This document shows positions 39,401 to 47,427 of a stretch of 61,991 nucleotides of DNA, in pieces (the stretch's first letter is position 1; each line of letters starts with the position of its first letter). Source of the stretch: Candidatus Eiseniibacteriota bacterium (GTDB lineage Bacteria; Eisenbacteria; RBG-16-71-46); the NCBI GenBank assembly GCA_041483195.1, contig JBGPFC010000025.1, positions 1-61,991 on the forward strand. Reading direction: 5' to 3'. The translations under genes and the position numbers were made by a program. Below the pieces are notes generated by a model that made no database searches, was not told where the DNA came from, and saw nothing but the letters and a program-made list of their open reading frames with translations.

Positions 39401-39945
39401 ACGGCAAGGGTGATTACGGCTTCGTGCTCTCGGCGATCGATGGCAGCCGCGCGGTGGGCGGCGGGCCGGACAAGCTGCGGATGAGGATCTGGCGGCGCTC
39501 GGACGGGCAGCCGATCTACGACAATCAGCACGGCGCGCCCGACGGCGACGCGCCGATCACGGCACTCGCCTGCGGAGTGATCATCGTCCAGGGTGGCGAG
39601 TCGAAGCCCGGCATGGCTCCCACGATGATGACCCGGACCGATCTGCCGGCGGAGTTCGCGGTGCAGCCGAGCGCCCCGAATCCTTTCCGGGACGAGACGA
39701 GCATCGCGTTCGAGCTGCCGGAGAACAGCCTGGTGCGCATCTCGGTGTTCGATCTCATGGGCCGCGAGGTCGCGAGGCCGCTCGATCGCACGTTCGAGCC
39801 CGGGCGGCAATCATGCGTCTGGCAGGGCCGCGACCGCGACGGCCGGCCGCTCGGCGCAGGGATCTATTTCATCCGCTTCGAGGCCCGCTCGCTGGTGAGC
39901 GAGCGCCGTCTCGCGACGATCAGGAAGGCGGCACTGGTGAGGTAG
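33439..39945 (+). CDS. Giant secreted surface protein: NHL beta-propeller, 12 cadherin/Ig-like repeats, inserted propeller-like domain, PKD and FlgD-Ig C-terminus
   Basis: Signal peptide after GTG 33439 (start uncertain); six KWG..GSGDGQF..P.GVATD repeats; ATDPD...WTPTEAQGPGDY repeats; PKD YTFTAAGVYMVKLTVTDDD; APNPF...FDLMGREV...WQGRD..G..GIYF. Confidence 0.9.
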   Translation: MNLPKRFNVARSAATASLFLVLLTCMGVSSALGQSTVSTDRSDYAPGDTVLVTGAGWVPGEGVSLTFTEDPPRQPPVMLMASADGNGVISNREFVVPEGAEGVRFTLEALGQLSGFAAQTTFTDSPEPPPAFVMKWGSQGSGDGQFNSPFGVATDGAGNVYVTDVAFNRIQKFTGGGAFLTKWGSGGGGDGQFNSPSGVATGAGGIVYVVEMNGNRIQKFTSGGAFIAKWGLIGSGDGEFHSPNGVATDAAGNVYVADAGNNRIQKFTSGGTFLAKWGSFGSGDGQFNNPLGVATDAAGNVYVADFANNRIQKFTSGGAFIAKWGSSGSGDGQFSFPYALTTDAAGNLYVTDRDNSRVQKFTGGGTFLTKWGSFGSGDGQFNNPLGVATGAAGSVYVVDLLNIRIQVFASSSAGNRPPILDPIGNQIVNEETNLSFMAHATDPDVPPQPLTYSLVGGIPAGASINPANGFFSWIPTEAQGPGDYSITVSVSDNGAPLLSDSKSFSVHVNEVNRPPTLNPIANQVVVEEQLLTFIATATDPDLPANTLSYSLGPGAPSGAAIEPSSGNFTWRPTSTQGPNLYTITVVVSDNDGPPMTDSKSFTVQVEEGNRPPVLDPIGNQVVNEETNLSLMAHATDPDVPHQPLSYSLFGGQGVMYGSDNVGHLFTLNLTTGQPTLVCQLPASSTEIEYDASSGRLWAQESDGSFRIGGFDPASCARVSGPTTDGNAFNGLEYVGSTLYGTGITYACGPSTLFILDPVTGATTAIGATGMSPISGLAWSAATSTMYGITGCGTSGNTKLVTINLSTGVATQIGPVQTFQAGSLEFGPDGNLYAGSDRDDGGRLYRFTAPFTGMATLVGPTGYAPISGLTLVTSGGGGVPAGASIDPVSGLFNWTPTEAQGPGDYPITVTATDNGTPPLSDSKSFSVHVNEVDKPPVLVPIADQTVNEETTLSLMVTATDPDLPANTLSYSLTSAPSGATIESNSGLFKWTPLEAQGPGDYLVTVKVSDNDGPPMTDSKSFTVHVKEANRPPTLNPIADQTVDEEQPLSFSATATDPDLPANTLKFTLSGAPSGATIDPGSGLFSWTPTEAQGPGDYPVTVDVSDNDGPPLTDSKTFNIHVNEVNQPPVLAAIADQAVDEGTLLSLTATATDPDLPAQTLAYSLVSPPEGAAIDPTTGIFSWTPTSAQGPGDYTVTVRASDDGSPPMWADKSFAVHVNEVNGPPTLNPIANQVVDEETTLSLTATATDPNLPAQSLTYSFGEDAPPGSSINASTGEFSWYPDESQGPGDYVAKIVVSDDGTPPLSAEQQFSIHVGEVNRAPTVKFEKGVVVHEPPLPPYGPVDEGTLFTLGYREGDPDIPTNAVTVTLVDPPAGATLDAEHRLIVWTPDESQGPGDYVLRVRATDDGIPPLSGEDSVTIHVNEVNQPPVLAVEDQTVDERTTMSYPIPATDPDLPPNALTYKLAKGPPGATLDKNTGLLTWTPTEAQGPGVFEVDVEVSDNDGPPLTDRKKFKIHVNETNMAPHLSPIADQNVDEGAEWSLRPSAHDKDDTPSNSLTFSVGPGAPPEMAIDAGNGTLTWTPTEAEGPGDYAVTVQVVDNGVPPLTAEQTFSIHVNEVNSAPVIAGFNDRTIPEGTLFSMTVDASDPDIPANHLAFALEAGAPEGAAIDAATGLLTWTPTEAQGPGAYPIGVVVTDAGNPPLSSVKECTITVAEGNLPPVVSVPLPITVNEGAHVAFVATATDPDLPANTLTFSLVPPSPVGSMIDAHTGAVTWATTDNGAFTLRVSVDDGVGGVTTGDADVTVNNVAPTVAITGPVVGTVVRVGVPVSFTGTFGDSGSGDTHTAQWSFNDINTPGVVNESAHSVAASYTFTAAGVYMVKLTVTDDDLASGTAAQIGTVNAMVVVYDPNAGYVIGAGWINSPAGAYVANPALTGQALFGFVSKYKKGATVPDGVTEFLYCVGNLYFHSSTYDWLVVTASMGQFTGRGTINGKGDYGFVLSAIDGSRAVGGGPDKLRMRIWRRSDGQPIYDNQHGAPDGDAPITALACGVIIVQGGESKPGMAPTMMTRTDLPAEFAVQPSAPNPFRDETSIAFELPENSLVRISVFDLMGREVARPLDRTFEPGRQSCVWQGRDRDGRPLGAGIYFIRFEARSLVSERRLATIRKAALVR
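33832..34665 (+). repeat. Six tandem ~141-bp NHL coding repeats
   Basis: Recurrent AAGTGGGG...GGCGACGG(G/C)CAGTTC and AACCGCATCCAGAA(A/G)TT units. Confidence 0.9.
34678..38845 (+). repeat. Twelve ~290-bp cadherin/Ig-like coding repeats
   Basis: Units begin N(R/Q)PP(V/T)L and contain ATDPD and QGPGDY. Confidence 0.85.
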
Positions 39946-39980
39946 GTGTCGCGCGGGCGCTGGATCACGGCGTCCAGGAA

Positions 39981-40016
39981 GACGCGCCCGGCGGGCAAAC
40001 GTCCGGCGGGCGCGTC
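39981..40016. terminator. Hairpin between convergent genes
   Basis: GACGCGCCCG...CGGGCGCGTC 10-bp stem. Confidence 0.55.
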
Positions 40017-40021
40017 ATTTC

Positions 40022-41329
40022 CTACTTCTGGAGTTGGTCCTTCACGATCGCCCCGCCCTTCATCACCCACTTCACGCGCTCCAGCTCGGTGATGTCCCGG
40101 AGCGGGTCCCCGGCGACCGCGACCAGATCGGCGTACTTGCCGCGCTCGATGGTGCCCACCTTCGTCTCCCAGCCGATCAGCTCGGCGGCGCGCAGGGTCG
40201 CGGTCTGGATCGCCTGCATCGGCGTCATGCCTTCGTCCACGTAGATCTTGAACTCGCGTACCTGGTCGCCGTGCGGGAACACGCCGGCGTCGGTGCCGAA
40301 CGCGATCTTCACGCCGGCCTTCATCGCGCTGTGAAACGCGGCGCGCATGTGGACCCGCACCTCGCGCGCCTTCGCGAGGTTCTCGTCCTGGATCTTGAGC
40401 GGGTTGCCGGGCGCGAGGATGGGCTCGACCACGTAGAGCGTCGGCACGTACCACGTGCCGTTCTTCTTGAGCACGCGCGCGGCCTCGTCGTCCATGTACG
40501 AGCCGTGCTCGATCGATCGCACGCCGGCGTTGCTCGCCCAGATGATCGCCTGCTTGCCGTGCGCGTGGGCCGCGACCTGTCGCCCGAGGCGGTTGGCCTC
40601 GTCCACGGCCGCCTTCATCTCCTCGAACGTGAAGCCGGTGCTCTGCGGGTTGTCGCCGGGGGAGAGCACGCCGCCGCTCGCGAGGATCTTGATCACGTCC
40701 GCGCCCTGCTGGATGTTGAAGCGCACCTGCTTGCGCACCGCGTCCACGCCGTCCACCACGCCGGTCGCGAGATCGTTGCACCAATGGTAGTCCACGGCGT
40801 TCTCGCGGTCGCCGTGGCCGCCGGTCATCGAGAGCGACCAGGTCGCGACCAGCATGCGCGGGCCGACGATCTCGCCCGCATTGATCGCATCGCGCAGCCC
40901 GACATCCACCTTCTCGCCGCCGCCCACGTCGCGGCAGGCGGTGAAGCCCGCCATCAGCGCGTTGCGGCAGTTGTTCACCCCGGCGATCGCGCTGCGCGCG
41001 GTCGTGCTCTTGAAGCGCTCGACCGGCCCGATTCCGACGCGCGAGCTGAGATGCGTGTGACAGTCGATGAGGCCGGGCAGCAGCGTGGCGTCGCCCAGAT
41101 CCACGACGCGCATTCCGGCGGGAGCCGCGGTTTCGAGCGAGGCGATGGTGTCGCCCGCGATCACCACCCACACCGGGCCCCGCGCGGCGCCCGCGCGCCC
41201 GTCGATCAGGCGCGCGGCATGAATCGCGAATCGGTCGGCCGCCGCCGAGGGTCGCGTCGAAACCAGGACGAGCACGGCGAGGACGATGCAGACGAGCGCG
41301 AACGGGACGGCGCGGGACACGGGTCGCAT
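40022..41329 (-). CDS. Secreted metal-dependent amidohydrolase (Xaa-Pro dipeptidase-like)
   Basis: LLPGLIDCHTH, GGHGD, GADVIKI, AAHAHG, SIEHG, FGTDAG, GKYADLVAV.GDPL. Confidence 0.92.
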   Translation of the reverse strand: MRPVSRAVPFALVCIVLAVLVLVSTRPSAAADRFAIHAARLIDGRAGAARGPVWVVIAGDTIASLETAAPAGMRVVDLGDATLLPGLIDCHTHLSSRVGIGPVERFKSTTARSAIAGVNNCRNALMAGFTACRDVGGGEKVDVGLRDAINAGEIVGPRMLVATWSLSMTGGHGDRENAVDYHWCNDLATGVVDGVDAVRKQVRFNIQQGADVIKILASGGVLSPGDNPQSTGFTFEEMKAAVDEANRLGRQVAAHAHGKQAIIWASNAGVRSIEHGSYMDDEAARVLKKNGTWYVPTLYVVEPILAPGNPLKIQDENLAKAREVRVHMRAAFHSAMKAGVKIAFGTDAGVFPHGDQVREFKIYVDEGMTPMQAIQTATLRAAELIGWETKVGTIERGKYADLVAVAGDPLRDITELERVKWVMKGGAIVKDQLQK

Positions 41330-41449
41330 GGGGCGGGCCTCCGGGAATGGGTTCGGGACGCGGCATGGTGCCAGAGAATTCGTCCCGGCCGCAACGGCAG
41401 AGCGCGCCGGATCCATCCCGCGCGGTCAGTATCGCGCGCGACCCCTCGA

Positions 41450-42751
41450 TCAGCTCGTCGGCGGGTCGCCGGGATCTGGCGCGGCGGCGGGAGCCGGCGC
41501 CTCGGCGGGGCGCGGGCGCGCGGGCGCGATCGGGCCGCCCAGCGCCTCGGCCGCCGCGGGATCCGGACCGACCGGCGGATCGGCCAGCTCGTCGCGCGAG
41601 ACCGAGCGTTCGACGTCGAGGATCACGCCCTGCCCCGGATAGGGCGACGAGGTCGCCTGGATCAGCGTCGCCATCTTCCCGGTGACGCGCTGAATGCGCC
41701 GCGCACCCTCGAGCATGCTCTCGACCTTCTGCCGCACTTCGTCACTCAGCCGGTATGCGCCGCGCAGCAGCAGCTGGGCGTTTCCCGCGATCGCCGCGAG
41801 CGGGTTGTTGACCTCGTGGTTCAGCGCGCCGACCGTCTCGGTGATGCCGCGCAGGCGCTCGCTCTCGAGGAGGCGCTGCTGCGCCTGCGAGAGCTCGAGG
41901 TAGGCGGTGCGGGTGTCGGCGAACAGCCGGGCGTTGCGAACCGCCGCCGCGCCCTGTCCGGCCACGATCGTGAGCACCTCCAGGTCGTGCTGGGTGTAGG
42001 CCTCCGCGCTCTCGAAGTCCTGGAGCGCGATCACGCCCACCGCCTCGCCGTCGGAGAGCATGGGCACCGCGAGGTAGGCGCACGAGGGTCTGCCGATCGG
42101 ATCCGCGCCGAGCGCCCGGGCCTGGGCGAGCACGTCGCCCGACAGCAGCAGCGGACGCTGGGTGCGCAGCACGTGCTCGGTGAGCCCGTTCGCGAACGGG
42201 CGCTGCGAGAGCTTGCGGGGCGCCTGGTCCTCGATGTAGATCGGGAAGACGATCGTGTCGGTCTCGCGGTCGTGGAGCGCGATGTAGAAGTTGTGGGTGC
42301 GCATGATGCGCCCCGCCTGCTCGTAGATGCGGCGCGCGAGCGCGTCGAGATCGAGCGTCGAAGAGACCGCCGCGCCGATGTCGTTGAGCACGGTGAGGTC
42401 GCGGTTGCGCTCGAACAGCTGGCGGCGCCATGCGATCTCGTCGCTCACGTCCACCAGCAGCGCCGCGATCGACGCGCGCGGCCCGCCCGAGGTGAGCGCG
42501 ATGCGATAGGTGCGGCGCGGCTCCGGCCCGCGCGCGAGCGGCAGAAACGCGCAGGTGCGACCCTCGCGCGCCGCCTGCTCCAGCAGCGGAACGACCGCCG
42601 GCCCGAAGACCTGCCGCAGCTCGGGACTCGCCCCGCAGTGCTCGGCGAGCTCGAGAAACGCGCGGTTGTGCTCGAGGGTCTCTCCGGTGTGGGAAACGCG
42701 CACGAAGGGATCCCCGAGCAGGAGATCGAGGTCGATCGGATGGCGGTCCAT
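41450..42751 (-). CDS. GAF-domain sensor with HisKA (H-box) domain but no HATPase domain
   Basis: GAF NGLTEHVLRTQRPLL...YLAVPM..GVIALQD; H-box ALNHEVNNPLAAI; the protein ends without N/G boxes. Confidence 0.82.
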   Translation of the reverse strand: MDRHPIDLDLLLGDPFVRVSHTGETLEHNRAFLELAEHCGASPELRQVFGPAVVPLLEQAAREGRTCAFLPLARGPEPRRTYRIALTSGGPRASIAALLVDVSDEIAWRRQLFERNRDLTVLNDIGAAVSSTLDLDALARRIYEQAGRIMRTHNFYIALHDRETDTIVFPIYIEDQAPRKLSQRPFANGLTEHVLRTQRPLLLSGDVLAQARALGADPIGRPSCAYLAVPMLSDGEAVGVIALQDFESAEAYTQHDLEVLTIVAGQGAAAVRNARLFADTRTAYLELSQAQQRLLESERLRGITETVGALNHEVNNPLAAIAGNAQLLLRGAYRLSDEVRQKVESMLEGARRIQRVTGKMATLIQATSSPYPGQGVILDVERSVSRDELADPPVGPDPAAAEALGGPIAPARPRPAEAPAPAAAPDPGDPPTS

Positions 42752-42805
42752 GGGCTCTGGGCGGATCACACGGAGTTATCGGCAGCCGCGCCCGCCGCCT
42801 TACGC

Positions 42806-42835
42806 AAAAAGGCCCCGGGCAATTCACCCGGGGCC
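42806..42835 (-). terminator. Rho-independent terminator of hup
   Basis: GGCCCCGGG-loop-CCCGGGGCC followed by TTTTT on the minus strand. Confidence 0.85.
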
Positions 42836-42855
42836 CTCCGCAAGTCGGATTGGAT

Positions 42856-43137
42856 CTACTTGAACGCGAGCTCTTTCATGGCCTTCGCGATCCGGAACTT
42901 GAGCACGGTCTTGGCCGGAATCTTGATGGCCTCGCCCGTCTGCGGATTGCGACCCATGCGGGCCTTGCGCTTCACCACGACGAGCTTGCCGACGCCGGGG
43001 AACACGAAGCCATGCTTCGCCTGCTTCGCGGCCAGAATCGCGAGCTCCTCGAGGATCAGCGTGCTCTGCTTCTTGGTGAGCTCGAACTTGTCGGCGATGT
43101 AGCCGGCAACCTGCGACTTCGTCATCATCTTGCCCAT
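42856..43137 (-). CDS. hup: HU-family DNA-binding protein
   Basis: MTKSQ...FPGVGKL..KRKARMGRNPQTGEAIKIPAKTVLKF; AAGGAAGG RBS. Confidence 0.95.
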   Translation of the reverse strand: MGKMMTKSQVAGYIADKFELTKKQSTLILEELAILAAKQAKHGFVFPGVGKLVVVKRKARMGRNPQTGEAIKIPAKTVLKFRIAKAMKELAFK

Positions 43138-43208
43138 TGGCCTTCCTTTCCCTACGAAGGTACGAGCGACGGAACGGACGGACACGCGTTGTGTCCTAGC
43201 CGCACGCG

Positions 43209-43236
43209 GGTATAGCAGGCGCGCCCGCATATTCAA
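43209..43236 (-). promoter_or_regulatory. Putative sigma70 promoter of hup (TTGAAT-N16-TATACC, TG extension)
   Basis: Read on the minus strand upstream of hup. Confidence 0.45.
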
Positions 43237-43418
43237 AGGTTTTTTTCGAGCAGGGAGCGCTTCCAGCCCCGTCTGGAGCGGGCGAAACGCAAGCATATTC
43301 CGGGCCGCGTCAATTGCGGGTGAAACGATCGTCGGCTCGGTCACCTCGGAGTTCGTCGCGCGGAACGCTCGACTCGGGTCGCGCTCGCGTGACGCGGGGT
43401 GAGAGGAAATGCCGCGTG

Positions 43419-46022
43419 TCACTCGATGCGCGCGACCCGTCGCGTGAGCATCGCGCCGTCCGCTCGCACGCGAACGAAGTAGATTCCGGGCGTCGCGCTC
43501 CGCCCGCGATCGTCGCGTCCATCCCACGTGAGCGGATGCTGACCGGCGTCGAATCGGCCGCGCGCGAGCGTGCACACGCGACGTCCCATCACATCGTAGA
43601 CTTCGACGTTGAGCGAGCTTGCGCTGGGGAGTTCGAGCGCGAGCCGAACCTCGCCGCGGCTCGGATTGGGCACCGGCGTTCCCAGCGAGAGTCGCGTGAC
43701 CGCGGCCGGCGACTGCGCCGCGACCGGCAATTGCGTGAGGTCGAGCTTCCACTGCGAACGCCCGTGAGTCGCCGCGATCAGGGTCCGGGTCGGGGCGTGC
43801 AGGCTCAGGTCGAACACCGTCTGGACCGGCATTCCCTGCCCCAGCGGGAACCAGCTGGCGCCCTGGTTGCGGGTGACGTACATGCCGACATCGGTCGCGA
43901 GGAAGAGGGTCTGGGAGTCGAGCGGGTCCACCAGCAGGTCGTTGGCCGGGGCGTCGGGCAGGTCGCTCGAGATCGAGGCCCAGGTGCTGCCCCGGTCGCT
44001 GCTGCGGAAGACGTGGGGGAGGTGCTCGTCGCTCCCGAAGCCCGAGAGCGTGGCGTACACGACGCTCGCCTGCGAGGGATCCGCGCTCACGCGCGTCACC
44101 GACCGCACCGGCAGTCCTGCCGAGACGTCGGTCCAGATCGCGCCTCGATTGATCGAACGCCACACCTTGCCGTCGTCGGTGCCGGCGTAATACGTGTTGG
44201 TGTCCGCCGCCGAGATCTCGAGCGTGGCGATCGTGCCGTACACGAGGCTCGTGACCGGGTTCGTCGAGAGGTCGCCGCTGATCGCGGCGTAGCTGACGCC
44301 GTTGTTGGTGCTGCGGTAGACGCGCTGGCTGCCGACCAGCAGCAGGTTGTGATTGCGCGGGTTCATCGCGATCGGCGTGCTCCAGTTGTAGCGGTCGCTG
44401 CCGATGAACCCGCTCGCCGCCGAGAACGACGTTCCGCCGTTCGTGGACCGGCGCAGCCCGCTCCCGTCGCAGCAGAACTGCCACTCCGCGAACACGACGC
44501 TGGTGTTGGTCGGATCGACCAGGCACTGGAATCCGTCGCCGCCGATCCCCAGCACGCTCCAGCTGGTCGAGCCGCTGGTGCCGAGCGTGCCGTTGTCCTG
44601 CGTGCCGCCCAGCAGGCGCGTGCCGCTGAGCGCGGCGACGGTGCCCGCGTAGAACTGCGTGATTGGCAGGTCCACCGACTTGGTCCAGGCGCCGCCGCCG
44701 CTCGAGGACGAGAAGAAGCCGCCGTCGTTGCCGAGGTACACCCGCAGCGGGTTCGACGGATCGATCCACAGCGCGTGCTGGTCCACGTGCGAGGCGCCGG
44801 TCACGTCCCCGTAGTTCACGCCGCCATCGGTCGAGAGCAGCGCCTCCACGCCGAGCGCGAAGACTCGGTCGGGGTTGGTCGGGTCCACCTTCACCTCGCC
44901 GAAGTACCAGGCGAAGCCTCCGAAGTTTCCGGGGAACAGTCCCGATGGAGAATCGCGCCGCGCCCAGGTGTCCCCGCCATCGAGGGTGCGGTACATGCCG
45001 AGCCCCACGTAGCCGAGCGAGGTGCCCGACATGATCTGGGCGTAGAGCGTCGAGGGGCGCGAGGCGGCGATCGCGAGCCCGATCCGTCCGACGTCGTCCG
45101 ATGGCGCGGGCAGGCCGCTCTGCAATCGCGTCCACGTCGTCCCGTGGTTCACGCTGCGCCAGATCCCGCAGCCCGGCCCGTACGCGCGTCGATAGGTCTG
45201 GTGGCGAACGCGCTCCCACGTCGCGCAGAACACCGTCTCGGGATGCGCGGGATTGATCACCACGTCGCACGCGCCGGTGCTGTCGTTCACGAACAGCGTC
45301 TTCGTCCAGTTGAGGCCGCCGTCCTCCGTGCGGTAGAGCCCGCGGTCGGGACCTGTCGAGAACTGCGAACCCATCGCCGCGACGTAGATTCGATTGGTGT
45401 CGCCGGGATCGATCGCGACCCGGCCGATGCGCGCGGTTTCCTTGAGCCCGATGTAGCCCCAGGTCGCTCCCGAGTTCTTCGAGCGGTAGAGCCCGATGCC
45501 GTCGTACGAATCCACCGATCCGTTCGACTCGCCGCTTCCCGCGTAGATCACGTTGGTGCGCTGGGGATCGATCGTGATCGCCCCGATCGAGTACGCGCCG
45601 TACGCGTTGTCCGTCACCGGCGCCCAGTTGGCCCCGGAGTTGGTGGACTTGAACACCCCGCCGTTCGCGCTCCCGAGGTACACGGTCGCGCCGCCCGGCA
45701 GGGCCGCGATCGCGGTGACGCGGCCGCCGATGTTGACCGGTCCCGCCTGCGTCCAGCTGAGCGTGCCCGCCTCGTCGTCGATCGCGCGCATGGCGGCCAC
45801 GCGATCGGCGCGCGCCTGCTGCACGGCGGCTTCGAACTTTCCGCTCGGGATCGTCGGAAGCGGGAAGCTGCGCTGCATGAAGAACCAGTCGGAGGGATAA
45901 GCTGCAGGCGCGTCGCCGGCGTCGGGATCGCGCGCGAGGCCCCGGCCCGGATGGTCTGAGACGAGCAGCGCCAGGGCGGCGGTGCCGAGGGCGAACAGGA
46001 GTGAGCGCAGGGTGCGGTGCAT
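43419..46022 (-). CDS. Secreted BNR/Asp-box (VPS10/sortilin-like) beta-propeller protein with FlgD-Ig C-terminus
   Basis: GP.NIGGRVTA, repeated S.DGG.TW motifs, HVDQHALW, ATHGRSQW; PNPS...VYDVMGRRV...WDGRDD.G...GIYFVR. Confidence 0.9.
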   Translation of the reverse strand: MHRTLRSLLFALGTAALALLVSDHPGRGLARDPDAGDAPAAYPSDWFFMQRSFPLPTIPSGKFEAAVQQARADRVAAMRAIDDEAGTLSWTQAGPVNIGGRVTAIAALPGGATVYLGSANGGVFKSTNSGANWAPVTDNAYGAYSIGAITIDPQRTNVIYAGSGESNGSVDSYDGIGLYRSKNSGATWGYIGLKETARIGRVAIDPGDTNRIYVAAMGSQFSTGPDRGLYRTEDGGLNWTKTLFVNDSTGACDVVINPAHPETVFCATWERVRHQTYRRAYGPGCGIWRSVNHGTTWTRLQSGLPAPSDDVGRIGLAIAASRPSTLYAQIMSGTSLGYVGLGMYRTLDGGDTWARRDSPSGLFPGNFGGFAWYFGEVKVDPTNPDRVFALGVEALLSTDGGVNYGDVTGASHVDQHALWIDPSNPLRVYLGNDGGFFSSSSGGGAWTKSVDLPITQFYAGTVAALSGTRLLGGTQDNGTLGTSGSTSWSVLGIGGDGFQCLVDPTNTSVVFAEWQFCCDGSGLRRSTNGGTSFSAASGFIGSDRYNWSTPIAMNPRNHNLLLVGSQRVYRSTNNGVSYAAISGDLSTNPVTSLVYGTIATLEISAADTNTYYAGTDDGKVWRSINRGAIWTDVSAGLPVRSVTRVSADPSQASVVYATLSGFGSDEHLPHVFRSSDRGSTWASISSDLPDAPANDLLVDPLDSQTLFLATDVGMYVTRNQGASWFPLGQGMPVQTVFDLSLHAPTRTLIAATHGRSQWKLDLTQLPVAAQSPAAVTRLSLGTPVPNPSRGEVRLALELPSASSLNVEVYDVMGRRVCTLARGRFDAGQHPLTWDGRDDRGRSATPGIYFVRVRADGAMLTRRVARIE

Positions 46023-46132
46023 GAGGTCTTGGGTTGGTTCCCGGTGCGAGGTGGACGGTCTTACCGGAAGGCCGACCCGATCGAACGCCCCAAAATTGTA
46101 GCGGTCGGCGCGCGCGCGCCGCAACCGTCCTT

Positions 46133-47296
46133 CTAACCCCGCAGCTGAGGCAGCGTCTCCGGGAATCCCGCCGAAAGCTCCGCGATGCGGGCGAGCGCGG
46201 CGGCGCGCGCCTCGCCCTCCAGCGCGAACGGCTGGAACGGCGCCTCTGGCCAGCGCGTGACCTGGATCGGAACCACCTCGGTCGCGAGCACGCCGGCGGG
46301 GCCGATCCGCAGCTTCACGATCATCGAGAGCTTGTCCTCGGGATCCTTGTTGCCGCCGAACACGAAGTTGCCGAGCGAGTAGACGATCGGCGCGCCGCGG
46401 AACACCTCGATCCCCTGCAGCCGGTGCGGATGCGAGCCCAGCACGGCGCGGCAGCCCAGCTCCACGCACCGGTGCGCCAGCTCGATCTGGTAGTCGCGGG
46501 GTTCATAGCTGCCTTCCTTGCCCCAGTGAAAGAACGGGATCGCGGCGTCCACCCGCCCGACGAGGCGCGGGACGTCCTCCTCGATCTGGCGCCGGATGCA
46601 GTCGAGCCGCCGGTAGCACCCGGCGACCCCGGCGCGATGCTTCGTCGCGAACACCGCCTCGGGCTCGAGCATGTCGCGCTCGTCCTGGAAGTAGTAGCCG
46701 ATGAGCCCGAGCCGCAGCCCCCCGCGTTCGACGATGAGCGGCTTGCGCGCCGCGCCGAGGTTCCGGCCGGCGCCGAAGTGCGCGATGCCGGCCCGATCGA
46801 GCGTGGCGATGGTGTCGTCGATCCCGTCGCGCCCGTAGTCCACCATGTGATTGTTCGCGAGCGTCACCGCGCCCACGCCGCCCGATTTCAGAATCTCGAC
46901 CAGCTCGCGCCGCGCGCGAAAATTGAAGTTCTTGACGAGCTTCTCCCCGCGCTCGGTGAAGGGACATTCGAGATTGACCACGGCCAGATCCGCGCTCGCG
47001 AGCACCGGCCGCACGCCCGCGAAGTAGATCGGCCACAACTGCTCGCGCGGGACCCCAGCTGCGAGCTGCTCGTCGACGTGAGCCTCGAGGTTGTAGCCGA
47101 GCGTGGTGTCGCCGGCCGCGGCGAGCGTGAGGGCCGGCCCGGCGGGCGCAGCGGAGGTGGTGTCGGGCACCGCGGTGGTGTCGCGCGGCGCGGCGGAGGC
47201 GGAGTCGGCGGGCGCGACCTGCCCGCGCGCGAAGCGCGGCAGCAGCGCGGCCACGAGCGCGGTGGCGAGGCGGGCGATGAACGTGCGTCGTCGCAT
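46133..47296 (-). CDS. CapA/PGA_cap metallophosphatase-family protein, Tat signal
   Basis: MRRRTFI; AAGD, NLECP, LANNHMVDYG, HWG.E, GSHPH.LQ, YSLGNFVF. Confidence 0.9.
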   Translation of the reverse strand: MRRRTFIARLATALVAALLPRFARGQVAPADSASAAPRDTTAVPDTTSAAPAGPALTLAAAGDTTLGYNLEAHVDEQLAAGVPREQLWPIYFAGVRPVLASADLAVVNLECPFTERGEKLVKNFNFRARRELVEILKSGGVGAVTLANNHMVDYGRDGIDDTIATLDRAGIAHFGAGRNLGAARKPLIVERGGLRLGLIGYYFQDERDMLEPEAVFATKHRAGVAGCYRRLDCIRRQIEEDVPRLVGRVDAAIPFFHWGKEGSYEPRDYQIELAHRCVELGCRAVLGSHPHRLQGIEVFRGAPIVYSLGNFVFGGNKDPEDKLSMIVKLRIGPAGVLATEVVPIQVTRWPEAPFQPFALEGEARAAALARIAELSAGFPETLPQLRG

Positions 47297-47427
47297 CGCC
47301 GGGCATTGAATCACACCCGCGCGCTCGCCGACGAGTTGTGCTCGGGCGAGCGCTTCCATCCCGCGCGGATGCGGCCTAGACTCGCGCCCTCGCGGCCGCT
47401 GGCGGCGCGCGTGATCCCGGAGCCGGC

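Noticed and set aside
42856..45270. 804-aa HU fusion and similar N-terminally extended ORF calls (dnaE2, dinB, permeases, ycaQ)
   Set aside because: The extensions are low-complexity read-through into neighbouring genes; RBS and family N-termini indicate the shorter starts.
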